DNA of 64,000 nucleotides from a virus. Taxonomy: Duplodnaviria > Caudoviricetes. The notes beneath the pieces were generated by a model that saw only the letters and a program-made list of their open reading frames with translations, was not told the origin of the DNA and did no database searches. Position numbers and translations under genes: made by a program. Location of the stretch: the IMG/VR virus record IMGVR_UViG_3300020187_001966. One strand, written 5' to 3'. Shown here piece by piece: positions 27,948 through 37,165 of the stretch (positions are counted from its first letter, which is position 1; each line of letters begins with the position of its first letter).

Positions 27948-28981
27948 ATTAATTCTACTATAGGTTTAATTTTGGTTAATAAGTTATAATCAGTTATTGT
28001 ATTTTCTACTATCTTACCCAATGGAGGAGATAGTACTTGAACGTCAGCAAGGCCATATCCTTTAGCCCATTTACTAAATGAGCTGTCAGTAAACGAAGAA
28101 TGAGCATTTCCAAAATGTAAAGTCATACATCCATTAATATGCTCTATATTACGTATATCTGCTTCACTGGCATCATCATACTGAGTATAACATGTTTCAT
28201 AATCTTTGCCGCCAATACTTTTATGAACTACAACATCGTATTCACTGTGATTTTCTGGAAAACTATCTAATAATTCTTGATAGGTAATAGTTCCTAAGAA
28301 GTTATCGTTACAGAATTCATCACGTAAACATACTTTATCTTCTGTAAATGTAAAGTCCTTGTCCCACTTTATATTAAATCTACTATTGGTTAAGGTATCT
28401 GATCCCATATCATTTAATACTTGCTGAGCAGCTAAACTGTGTCGGCGATCTTCGTAAATATGTACGTTAGCATTAATAATATGTATTTCTCGGTCAAATG
28501 CTGCCATATCAATTACAGTGTAATCTCGTGGAGCATGTTTTCTAACATACTGCCTTACTTCTATACTACTAAGTGTTTTGCATTCTAGTAATTGTTCTTC
28601 TGTTAATCCATGATGCCAACATGATGCGGTGAAAGAAGCTGTAGTAAAGCATCTATGAATTCGATTAGTTTGCATCCAACTCATACCTTCATATGCTCGA
28701 TATGGATACTTTTCACCATGTATTATCTGATTAACTTTGTCAATTGACTGGTTAATTTTTATAACTGCGTTTCGTTGTTGCTCAATAGCATCATCACATT
28801 GTGAATCATGTATTTTTCCAGTTTCCCCATAGCTAAACATATTTACAGGTTCTGCTACTGAGGGGATATTTAAATCTGTGTATCTGTTAAAAATAGTTAA
28901 CCATTTTTTTACTAGCGGTGTATCTAATAATTCAATGAGCAAATGCTCAGTGTTAAATGTTATCTTTACATATTGTGTCAT
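27944..28981 (-). CDS. Hypothetical protein, His/Glu family member A
   Basis: IELLDTPLVKKW, NRIH, NANVHIYE, GKDYETC, PLGKI motifs shared with 31510 and 33077. Confidence 0.75.
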   Translation of the reverse strand: MTQYVKITFNTEHLLIELLDTPLVKKWLTIFNRYTDLNIPSVAEPVNMFSYGETGKIHDSQCDDAIEQQRNAVIKINQSIDKVNQIIHGEKYPYRAYEGMSWMQTNRIHRCFTTASFTASCWHHGLTEEQLLECKTLSSIEVRQYVRKHAPRDYTVIDMAAFDREIHIINANVHIYEDRRHSLAAQQVLNDMGSDTLTNSRFNIKWDKDFTFTEDKVCLRDEFCNDNFLGTITYQELLDSFPENHSEYDVVVHKSIGGKDYETCYTQYDDASEADIRNIEHINGCMTLHFGNAHSSFTDSSFSKWAKGYGLADVQVLSPPLGKIVENTITDYNLLTKIKPIVELI

Positions 28982-30174
28982 CCAATTACCTCAAATTTTG
29001 GTGTACAGAAGATTAGTTTTCCGCCATCAGCAATCCAATCTTTCATTATACGATTGACAAATAAGTCTTTGAAATGGAATGGAAATACCAAAAAGTAATC
29101 AGCATCAGCTTTAGCATCATCTTCGTGTACAATTGGAATACTACTGCCTACTAGATACTTATCTATCTTATCTGGATGTATTTCTGCTGCTCCAGTAATG
29201 GTGTTACTGTCTAATCCATAATACTGCATAATAGTATTACCTTTAGTACTTGCGCCCATAATATAGATTTTTTTACCAGCTTCTACTTCTTGATTAATAA
29301 AATCCATAGTGCGTTGTCGATTTTCATCAATATTATCAGCCCATTCAGCTATACGAGTAGATGTAATATCTTCCGCATATTCAATACTACCAGTAGTATA
29401 GTGCCTAATGAATAACTGATAACTGCCGCCATTGATATCATTCTCACGTACTTTATATATTTCAAGACCATGTCTTTCCATTAATACTACTAAACTACGA
29501 TAGCTATAGTATTCAATATGTTCGTGAATTACATTACCCAAGTCGTTTGTTGATAGCATTGGCGCTGCAGTCATTAATTGACAAAGCCAAATTCCTTTGT
29601 CACTGAGTACTTGTTTAATGTCAGCAACAAAGCTATTAGGATCATCCAAGTCATAAAACATGGCAACTGTAGTAATAGCATCTGCTTTCTGTGCGCCTAC
29701 ATACTTGGACCAATTGTCGTAGTTAAAAAAGTCACCAATCATAGTATCACAATGGTTTTCTAGTTCACTGTGTATATTTTTAGCAGGGTCACAACCAACT
29801 CTCATATATAAATCACTATCATAATTACTAAGTAGTGTTCCGTCGTTTGCTCCAATATCTAATACAACTGAGTTAGGTTTTAAATCCGCTTCTTGTGTAA
29901 TATCTTGTACAATGCTTGCTAAATTGTCAACAATTTTTTTGTTTAGTCTTGACAGATACCAATAGTTCTCGTATAGTTCTTGCTCACGTACTGTATGACT
30001 TAATTGTATTAGGTCACATTCTTCACAGTGCATTAGTGTTAGTGGAGCGCTGCCCACATCTGTATTTGGTAATTTAGTAAACGCATTTATCTTTAGCTCA
30101 CCAATATCAAAAATAGTTTTATGTAAAGTTGCTGAACAGCTTCTACACTCTTTAACTTTTTTAACTTGTCTCAT
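28978..30174 (-). CDS. NDP-sugar C-methyltransferase (NovU/TylC3/EryBIII-like)
   Basis: N-terminal Zn motif CRSC...CEEC.LIQL; VLDIGANDGTLL; HEHIEYYS; GASTKGNT C-terminal domain. Confidence 0.9.
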   Translation of the reverse strand: MRQVKKVKECRSCSATLHKTIFDIGELKINAFTKLPNTDVGSAPLTLMHCEECDLIQLSHTVREQELYENYWYLSRLNKKIVDNLASIVQDITQEADLKPNSVVLDIGANDGTLLSNYDSDLYMRVGCDPAKNIHSELENHCDTMIGDFFNYDNWSKYVGAQKADAITTVAMFYDLDDPNSFVADIKQVLSDKGIWLCQLMTAAPMLSTNDLGNVIHEHIEYYSYRSLVVLMERHGLEIYKVRENDINGGSYQLFIRHYTTGSIEYAEDITSTRIAEWADNIDENRQRTMDFINQEVEAGKKIYIMGASTKGNTIMQYYGLDSNTITGAAEIHPDKIDKYLVGSSIPIVHEDDAKADADYFLVFPFHFKDLFVNRIMKDWIADGGKLIFCTPKFEVIG

Positions 30175-30877
30175 GTGCTTTATCTCCTGTTATGTGTTCG
30201 TATATACTGTGTGCGTAATGAAAGTGAGCTTGTTCGTTAGGATGATTATCATCTTTGCTTACTTTACCGTATTTCTCACGAAATTCTAAAATATATATAG
30301 ATGGCACTTGTACTCTATTAAACACTTCTTTGTCTGCTATATGGTCAGGGTATGTAACAAAATGATATACCTGCGGACACTTAAAAATATGCTTTATCAT
30401 TAGATCAATATGATTCATCATCATTGACATATCAACTATAGCATCATACTCATCATAAAGCAAGTTGTAATATGCGTCAGCTTGCTTTACTAGATGCTTA
30501 CTTATATTTCTTTTTGTACGTTCTTGTTTTGAATGTTTTTTCATAAGCCAAGGACGTAGTGTAGGGTTTTTCCTAATTTGTTTTCTATTACTACATTCTA
30601 TTTTATCATATTCAGCTTTGTCATGATCTACTGGGTTTGTTATTATAGTATGTCTTCCTATATGTGTCCAATTGAACACTACTATGTCTGATTCAGTAAA
30701 GTTTTGGTAGTTACATGCTGTATACCAAATTTGTTTATTACTACTTCCGCCATCACCTTGGTTATCTAAATCCAAACTAAGCAATTTGCTTAGTATACTA
30801 GGCCAAGGTTTATTAGGATCAGTAAATGTTCCCTGTGTATAACTACACCCAAATGTAACTAACTTAGTCAATGGCAC
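30161..30877 (-). CDS. SGNH/GDSL-fold protein (acyl-esterase or acyltransferase-like)
   Basis: TFGCSYTQG (block I, GCS variant), GDGGSSN (block II), DDNHPN (block V DxxH). Confidence 0.65.
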   Translation of the reverse strand: MPLTKLVTFGCSYTQGTFTDPNKPWPSILSKLLSLDLDNQGDGGSSNKQIWYTACNYQNFTESDIVVFNWTHIGRHTIITNPVDHDKAEYDKIECSNRKQIRKNPTLRPWLMKKHSKQERTKRNISKHLVKQADAYYNLLYDEYDAIVDMSMMMNHIDLMIKHIFKCPQVYHFVTYPDHIADKEVFNRVQVPSIYILEFREKYGKVSKDDNHPNEQAHFHYAHSIYEHITGDKAHETS

Positions 30878-30904
30878 ACTCTCGATAAACTTTAATTATC
30901 TGTC

Positions 30905-31519
30905 TCACAATAGTTCCCAATCTGTTAATACTTGTTCAGCACGTTGTAATAGTTCTGGAGTATAGTGATTTAATTTTGTTGGCATATCATCTGTTTGTAC
31001 CAATCCCCATGGATTATTATCAATTAAGTCTTCATATTTAATCTGATAATCAAACATATGGTTGTACTTACGATATGTACACTGCTCATGAATTAAAATT
31101 GCTTCATAAGAAATTAAAGTATCTTCTTCAAACTTTAAATCAGTAGGAGTAGTATACGTTTCACCAGCGTTAGGGTACCATTGTCCTTTATGCCATGCGA
31201 TTGCGTTACTTAAAAAATGTTCTACTCTATTTTCTCTGTACAACCATACAAACTCAATTTTATCACGGTAAGGTTGAAATTTATTAAGATCAACATTTTC
31301 GTCAGTAAATATTTTAGTAACAAATGGATCGTGCTTAAACAAATCAACTATACGAGTATCTAAATCATATGTGTCATTTTTATTATTACTTTCACTTAAA
31401 CTAAGTGGTGCTCCAATATATCCAGTTCTTTCAAATGCGGAGACTAACCAACTGCTGCCAGACCTAGCTGGTGTTACAATGATTTTATTTTTGTAGTTAT
31501 CAATTATATTCATTTCCAT
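30905..31519 (-). CDS. Sulfotransferase-like protein (Stf0-like P-loop fold)
   Basis: TPARSGSSWL (5'-PSB-like), LYRENRVEHFLS (3'-PB-like), IKYEDL. Confidence 0.65.
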   Translation of the reverse strand: MEMNIIDNYKNKIIVTPARSGSSWLVSAFERTGYIGAPLSLSESNNKNDTYDLDTRIVDLFKHDPFVTKIFTDENVDLNKFQPYRDKIEFVWLYRENRVEHFLSNAIAWHKGQWYPNAGETYTTPTDLKFEEDTLISYEAILIHEQCTYRKYNHMFDYQIKYEDLIDNNPWGLVQTDDMPTKLNHYTPELLQRAEQVLTDWELL

Positions 31520-32475
31520 TCCACTCTCAATACTGGTTCTTGTAATACACTATCCCAGTCAATATCTGCCTTGTTTGTACAAGTACCCAATGGTATTTTA
31601 CCAATACAAAAAGGATCAGTTGGTACTCCATGATCAATTAGCCATTTTTGAAATTCTGGGTGTTTTAATACTTCAACAGTCATACTGTTAGGTTGTAATT
31701 CCCAACCTGGACAGTAAGTTTTGTCAATATTTGTTATATCAAATTGAGCAGGATTATCCATATTTACCCAACATGTATAATACTCTTTACCTAGTACAGC
31801 AAATGGTAACCAAAGATCAGGTTCTGTATCGTAAGTACATAAACTACGCAATGTGTTGTCAATTTCGAATACATCAAAAGCAGTATCTTTGCCACTAGTA
31901 TATCTTTGAATGATGTGCCGGCCATCATTAATATCATAACCCCATGCCCGTAATTCATTAACTCTTGGACTATTGACCGTTTCTTCATACCAATGTATAT
32001 CACAGTTCATTTCAAATAGTATTCTTGTAACATCAGCATTTGTATCTTGTGGTACTACAAACTCAGGAGTATGATCTTTATCAGGATTATAATTTTGCCA
32101 GTGATTCCATTTACTATCAATAATAGATTCTAGACTAGCATTAGGTAATTCCCAATTAGTTTTAGTAAACGCACCATGTGTTATCCACATGTGTAATTGA
32201 TTTAATCGTTGTTGCGATACTACACTTGATCCCATTTTACCAGGAAAGTTTATATTGTATTTCAGTTTAAGCTCGTCAACATGCGCATCAAATTTTGCGC
32301 TATACTTGTTTCTAATCTGGTCAACTTCTGCTTGTGGCATTGTAACTTCAGGGAATACATTTTCATTCCAGGTAGATATAGGATCAAGATTACTCACAGT
32401 GTCAAGCCAACTATCCACAAATTTGTTTCGAATAAGTTCAATCTCAACAACACCACTTTTAAAATGTATTTTCAT
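31510..32475 (-). CDS. Hypothetical protein, His/Glu family member B
   Basis: IELIRNKFVDSW, NQLH, NCDIHWYE, GKEYYTC..MDNP, IPLG. Confidence 0.75.
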   Translation of the reverse strand: MKIHFKSGVVEIELIRNKFVDSWLDTVSNLDPISTWNENVFPEVTMPQAEVDQIRNKYSAKFDAHVDELKLKYNINFPGKMGSSVVSQQRLNQLHMWITHGAFTKTNWELPNASLESIIDSKWNHWQNYNPDKDHTPEFVVPQDTNADVTRILFEMNCDIHWYEETVNSPRVNELRAWGYDINDGRHIIQRYTSGKDTAFDVFEIDNTLRSLCTYDTEPDLWLPFAVLGKEYYTCWVNMDNPAQFDITNIDKTYCPGWELQPNSMTVEVLKHPEFQKWLIDHGVPTDPFCIGKIPLGTCTNKADIDWDSVLQEPVLRVEWK

Positions 32476-33080
32476 TTAAAGTCCTTTACATAACTAATGT
32501 CAGGATATGTATGACTTCCAGCGCAATCTGCGTTGTTGTCTGATAGTACTTGTAGTCTACTTAATCCAAGTTCAGCAGTTTCTGGTGTCATAAAATAATG
32601 CCACCCAGCGAACGTTATATTATCATCTTCATAAGGCACACTCATATCTCTACCATCATGTACTGCCCGTTGGCACCAATCATAAAAGTTTTTATCATCA
32701 GTTAGTATCATTCCACCACGTATTGTACTTAATATCTTCTTAAACTGGAAACTTAAACACTGACTGTTACCAGACTGGTAACAATTACGGTAAAGTCTAG
32801 CTGCGCTATCCACAACATTAGTATTACCGATATTATAGCACCCACTCCACACTTTGTCAATAAAATTTACGTCTAGATCTAAATGAAGTGCTTGCATTGC
32901 TACACTAACATATGTGTTTTTAGGTAGAGATATATAGTTTAGATCTGGGTTTTGCTGTTTATAGTAATACAGACTTAGATAAATTGCGTGTGAACAACAA
33001 TCAGTTGCTGTGGCATACGGCGCACCTGTATACTCTGCAATCTGAGATTCAAACTCATGTACTAAATCAAACGGATTCAT
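32472..33080 (-). CDS. DegT/DnrJ/EryC1/StrS sugar aminotransferase, short form
   Basis: FESQIAEYTG...A.DCCSHAIYLSL, DSAA, SFQFKKILSTIRGGMILTDD. Confidence 0.85.
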   Translation of the reverse strand: MNPFDLVHEFESQIAEYTGAPYATATDCCSHAIYLSLYYYKQQNPDLNYISLPKNTYVSVAMQALHLDLDVNFIDKVWSGCYNIGNTNVVDSAARLYRNCYQSGNSQCLSFQFKKILSTIRGGMILTDDKNFYDWCQRAVHDGRDMSVPYEDDNITFAGWHYFMTPETAELGLSRLQVLSDNNADCAGSHTYPDISYVKDFK

Positions 33081-33901
33081 ATGCTTACTCTTTGTATAAC
33101 TTTATTACGTAATATTTGTTCCATATGGTCAGGTTTATTTCTAATATTGCCAATTGGTATTCTTCCTATATTATTTGCTGTAGGCTCTACTGGCAAATGA
33201 TGTATGAAATCTGGTAGTTGCCACAAATCTTTCCATTGATTTAGTGGATCTATTTCCATTGCTAATGGGATGCGATTGCCAATTGGTTTCATTTCACTGT
33301 GATTAGGATTATCATTGTCCCTGTAAGTCTCTCTATAATCTTTACCAAGTATACGTTTAGCAAGATATACATCGTGTTTTTCTAATGTCATTAATTGTAA
33401 CCATTCATCTGTCATCTTAAGAGCATACTGCCCTGCATTTTTAACTTGTTGATCCCAGTAAATGTTACTACAACTATCAGGTAATTTTCTAGTACCACCT
33501 ATAAGTAATGCTTCACACTGATGGCACAGGCTGTTAAGTTTTCCTATGTACTGAACATCTTTAGCATAATCAGGATAATTTTGATTAGCATGTTTACTTT
33601 CTACTAGCTCTACACACCAATGATGTAAGTTATTCATAAGTTGCTGTAAAATATCAGGTTTATTATAGTCTGACACTTGTATTTCTGTACCATTATAATA
33701 ACGTATACCTTCCATCAATTCAGCATATAGTGTAGTAAATTTTTGTTGATCAAACTCAGTGCTTCTATTTTCTATTGAACTTATTTCTGTTACATTTAAC
33801 TCATGCTTAGAAAATTCAGTTGCCCAATTATGTATAAGTGGACTATCAATTAGCTCTATAACAAGTTGTGTATCATCGTTAAGATGTAATATCATTTCCA
33901 T
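33077..33901 (-). CDS. Hypothetical protein, His/Glu family member C
   Basis: IELIDSPLIHNW, NNLH, NSLCHQCE, GKDYRET..DNDNP, IPIG. Confidence 0.75.
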   Translation of the reverse strand: MEMILHLNDDTQLVIELIDSPLIHNWATEFSKHELNVTEISSIENRSTEFDQQKFTTLYAELMEGIRYYNGTEIQVSDYNKPDILQQLMNNLHHWCVELVESKHANQNYPDYAKDVQYIGKLNSLCHQCEALLIGGTRKLPDSCSNIYWDQQVKNAGQYALKMTDEWLQLMTLEKHDVYLAKRILGKDYRETYRDNDNPNHSEMKPIGNRIPLAMEIDPLNQWKDLWQLPDFIHHLPVEPTANNIGRIPIGNIRNKPDHMEQILRNKVIQRVSI

Positions 33902-34259
33902 CTTTATCTACCTTTACAATTGGCGGGTTGCTATCGTGCCATCTTTTTGTAAGCATACTAACAAACTTAAAGTCAGTCAGTGCTATAAATGTGTGTGCTG
34001 TTCCAATTGGTATACGTATACTATCACCAGTTGTTAATACTATTTCATGTATAGTGTCACTATACTCTTTAAATAAACACTCGCCGTCTACAATAACCAT
34101 ATACTCATCAAAATGAGGATGGTAATGATAACCACGAGCATCTCCCTGTTTTGTAATCATTAAGTTGTATTCTACTATGTTGTCATCTGGATAGAAACTA
34201 CGAATAGTACCTCTGTGATCTTCAAACAGTTCTGCTTCAAGTACTTTACACTTATCCAT
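33879..34259 (-). CDS. Cupin, RmlC/FdtA/WxcM-like sugar epimerase or isomerase
   Basis: FEDHRG, RGYHYH...E, IPIGTAHTF cupin motifs. Confidence 0.8.
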   Translation of the reverse strand: MDKCKVLEAELFEDHRGTIRSFYPDDNIVEYNLMITKQGDARGYHYHPHFDEYMVIVDGECLFKEYSDTIHEIVLTTGDSIRIPIGTAHTFIALTDFKFVSMLTKRWHDSNPPIVKVDKDGNDITS

Positions 34260-35050
34260 TATAATCGCATGCCTTTAAATACAGTTTTCTTAAATAGTTT
34301 ATTTTCTTTATCAATATACTCAAACAGTTTACTTGGTATTCCTAGTTTCTTACATGCGTTGTTCATTGCTAATACATCCTTGGGTAAACAAGCACCGCCA
34401 TATCCTCTGAGTTCTGGCTTAACATCTAAATATTCATCTGGTAAATCACTATTACGCAGAAATGCTGACTTAACATTGTCATAGTTAGCGCCTAAACTGT
34501 TACTTATTTCAAACATAACATTAGAAAATACTACCCGCAACGCATTGAATGTATTGTGATAATATTTCATTAGTTCTGCTTCCGTGGGAGTAACTCTCAT
34601 TATATCTTCTGGCAGTTTTCCATGCGATCGTTGAACAAGATAATAGTGATTAACATTTTCAGTACCCACTAATAATAATCTATGGTCAAACACAAAGTCA
34701 TATTCCGCACTGCGTTCCTTTAGAAACTCTGGTACAAACACAATTCTATCATCATACTGCGCAATTAATCTTTGAGTTGTTCCAGGTGATACTGTTGACT
34801 TGATACCGATAACACCTTCGTAATTTGCTTGTTGTAATTCAGCAATAACACTTTCTACGATACGTGTGTCGCACTCTCCTTGATCGTTAGTAGGTGTAGG
34901 CACACACAGATACACAATCTCTGCTTCTAACAAATCTTCTATCTTTGTGCCGAGTGTAATGTCATGTGGTATAACTGTGTACCCACAATGTTCAAAGCCT
35001 GTCTTACATGCTTTGCCTACTACTCCTAAACCTACTATTCCTATTTTCAT
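34259..35050 (-). CDS. UDP-glucose/GDP-mannose 6-dehydrogenase family, short form
   Basis: GLGVVG, CVPTP, KSTVSPG, PEFLKE, AELMKY, GYGGACLPKD (catalytic Cys). Confidence 0.9.
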   Translation of the reverse strand: MKIGIVGLGVVGKACKTGFEHCGYTVIPHDITLGTKIEDLLEAEIVYLCVPTPTNDQGECDTRIVESVIAELQQANYEGVIGIKSTVSPGTTQRLIAQYDDRIVFVPEFLKERSAEYDFVFDHRLLLVGTENVNHYYLVQRSHGKLPEDIMRVTPTEAELMKYYHNTFNALRVVFSNVMFEISNSLGANYDNVKSAFLRNSDLPDEYLDVKPELRGYGGACLPKDVLAMNNACKKLGIPSKLFEYIDKENKLFKKTVFKGMRL

Positions 35051-35796
35051 TTTATCATGTGCCTAACTGTATAATTTATTTCTGCTAATTTAATTGAATC
35101 ATTCTTGAAATAATCATCAACTGTTGCCTTTACCATTGGGAAGTGTCCATAATCATCTAAAATCAGATGTCCGTTTTTTACTAGTTTTGGATAAAAGTGA
35201 TTTAATACATGTCTAGTTGGTTTAGCTAAATCTACATCTATACGTAAAAGAGCAATACTAACAGGAGAATTAGCAGGAATAGTATCTTCTACTATACCTT
35301 CTATAAATCTGACTTGGCCTAGATAGTTACATTCAGCAAAGTTTTGCTTAACATCTTGTAATGAACTATAGCACCAGTTACTGTTACCAAAGCTATCTAC
35401 TTTTTGTTCCACATACCAATCTCTTAAATTTTCGTTCTCTTTTGTAAGTTCGTTGGCTTCAGGAATAGGCACACCACTAAACGTATCATACATCCATATA
35501 TCACGCTCTTGCTTGTAGTGTTTTAAAACTTCAGCCATAATCATACAACTGCCGCCCATAAAGACTCCGCATTCTACAAAATCTCCTGGTATATCATTCA
35601 AAATAATATTTTCAACTGTATCTATTAAATCTAAAACTACTGACAACTTCGTAACAGTAAATGGGCTACACTGGTAAGCAATTTCTTTCTTCCACTGTTC
35701 AATACTTAAAGGTGTTAGCTCGTCTTGCCAACGGTAACTTACATCTCTATAATCATTTTTATACTTACGACTTTGTCTTTCCATTATGATTTCCAT
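35047..35796 (-). CDS. TylF/MycF/NovP-family sugar O-methyltransferase
   Basis: GDFVECGVFMGGS, YDTFSG, LRIDVD, LILDDYG. Confidence 0.9.
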   Translation of the reverse strand: MEIIMERQSRKYKNDYRDVSYRWQDELTPLSIEQWKKEIAYQCSPFTVTKLSVVLDLIDTVENIILNDIPGDFVECGVFMGGSCMIMAEVLKHYKQERDIWMYDTFSGVPIPEANELTKENENLRDWYVEQKVDSFGNSNWCYSSLQDVKQNFAECNYLGQVRFIEGIVEDTIPANSPVSIALLRIDVDLAKPTRHVLNHFYPKLVKNGHLILDDYGHFPMVKATVDDYFKNDSIKLAEINYTVRHMIK

Positions 35797-36305
35797 TTTA
35801 CACTACATCCAAAACTAGGGTTAGGTTCCCATGTAATAGGTTTATCTATTAATGTCAAGTCTAATGCGTGTCGTAAACTACTGCCAGTTGGCATTAAATC
35901 ATTACTAGTATGACTAGGATCTAATTCGCCATGATAAACAACTATGCTTTTTTTGTCTAATATGTAAAACTCAGGAGTACATACTGCGCCGTAAGCACGA
36001 GCAATACTTTGATCTTCATCAAATATATAATCGCACTGTAGGTCATACTTTTCACTAAACGCTGGCATGTATTCAGGCGCATCTTGTAAATTGCTATCAT
36101 CGGTTGTTGGACTTGCGTCATTACTATTAACTGCTACAATGTTTACACGATCCCGATAGTCTTTAACAAGCTGACTAATAGCTGGCATTCTGAATAGCAC
36201 ATAAGGACAATGATTACATATAATCATAATTAAATTAATCTCGTCAGGCTCGCAAAGTGTGCTAATGCGATGCCCCATCATACTGTCGCTAATTTCTAAA
36301 GACAT
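35784..36305 (-). CDS. Thioredoxin-fold/AhpC-TSA redoxin (likely start ATG 36305)
   Basis: CNHCPYV, VNSND, YGAVCTPEFY, GCSVKW. Confidence 0.85.
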   Translation of the reverse strand: MSLEISDSMMGHRISTLCEPDEINLIMIICNHCPYVLFRMPAISQLVKDYRDRVNIVAVNSNDASPTTDDSNLQDAPEYMPAFSEKYDLQCDYIFDEDQSIARAYGAVCTPEFYILDKKSIVVYHGELDPSHTSNDLMPTGSSLRHALDLTLIDKPITWEPNPSFGCSVKWKS

Positions 36306-37138
36306 GTCTTTAATCCTGTTCTCAAATCTGTCCATTCAAAGTCGGGAACAAATTTGTGTAGTTTAGTTAAGTCGGGTGCTCTGCGTGGAGTGCTTCCTGG
36401 AGGACTATCGAGTAATTCAAACTGGTTGCTTAACTCTAATAGATCTACAATAATGTTAGCAACATCTACAATTTTACTCTCTGTTGGAGATCCAATATTT
36501 ACAATTTGATTTTTTTGTTCTAGCATTTCAATTGTAAGTTTTACCGCATCGTCTATATAACAAAAGCTTCTAGTATCGTCCCATCCATATAGACGGTTAT
36601 CGCCTTGTTGTATACGTTCAATAAACTCTGGAATAAAATGATTCTCTTGTCCAGGCCCATATATATTATGAAAGCGTAATATAGTATATGTATTACTATA
36701 CTGTGCGCTATGACTAATAACAGCACTCTCCATGGCAATTTTGCCACTGGCATAACACCAACGTGGATTTGTAATATCGTCTATTGACAGCGCAACATCT
36801 TCAGGAGTAGGTACACTAGCCCATCCACGATTAACTGTTCCAGCATACTCTTCACTGCTACCAGCATATACAAAATGTGCGTGTGGGTAACGTTTGAGTA
36901 AGTTCATTGTGGGTGTAACAATACTGTCAATAACACTAAATGGTGTGCTATAAAAGTTCTTTGTGCTGTTAAATGCCGCTAAGTGTATTACTGTATCTAC
37001 ATCTGGTAACGAGTTTACAAATGTAGGGTCACTTAGATCGCCATTGTAATCACATCCATTATAGTCTACAGTAATACACTTAATGTTTTTTTGCAAATGC
37101 TTGCCGATAAAGCCATTTGCTCCAGTGAGTAATATCAT
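36296..37138 (-). CDS. NAD-dependent nucleotide-sugar epimerase/dehydratase
   Basis: TGANGFIG, HLAA, SSEEY, YASGK (YxxxK), RFHNIYGP, RSFCYIDD. Confidence 0.9.
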   Translation of the reverse strand: MILLTGANGFIGKHLQKNIKCITVDYNGCDYNGDLSDPTFVNSLPDVDTVIHLAAFNSTKNFYSTPFSVIDSIVTPTMNLLKRYPHAHFVYAGSSEEYAGTVNRGWASVPTPEDVALSIDDITNPRWCYASGKIAMESAVISHSAQYSNTYTILRFHNIYGPGQENHFIPEFIERIQQGDNRLYGWDDTRSFCYIDDAVKLTIEMLEQKNQIVNIGSPTESKIVDVANIIVDLLELSNQFELLDSPPGSTPRRAPDLTKLHKFVPDFEWTDLRTGLKTCL

Positions 37139-37165
37139 GGTAACCTCTTTAATTAAGTACTATGT

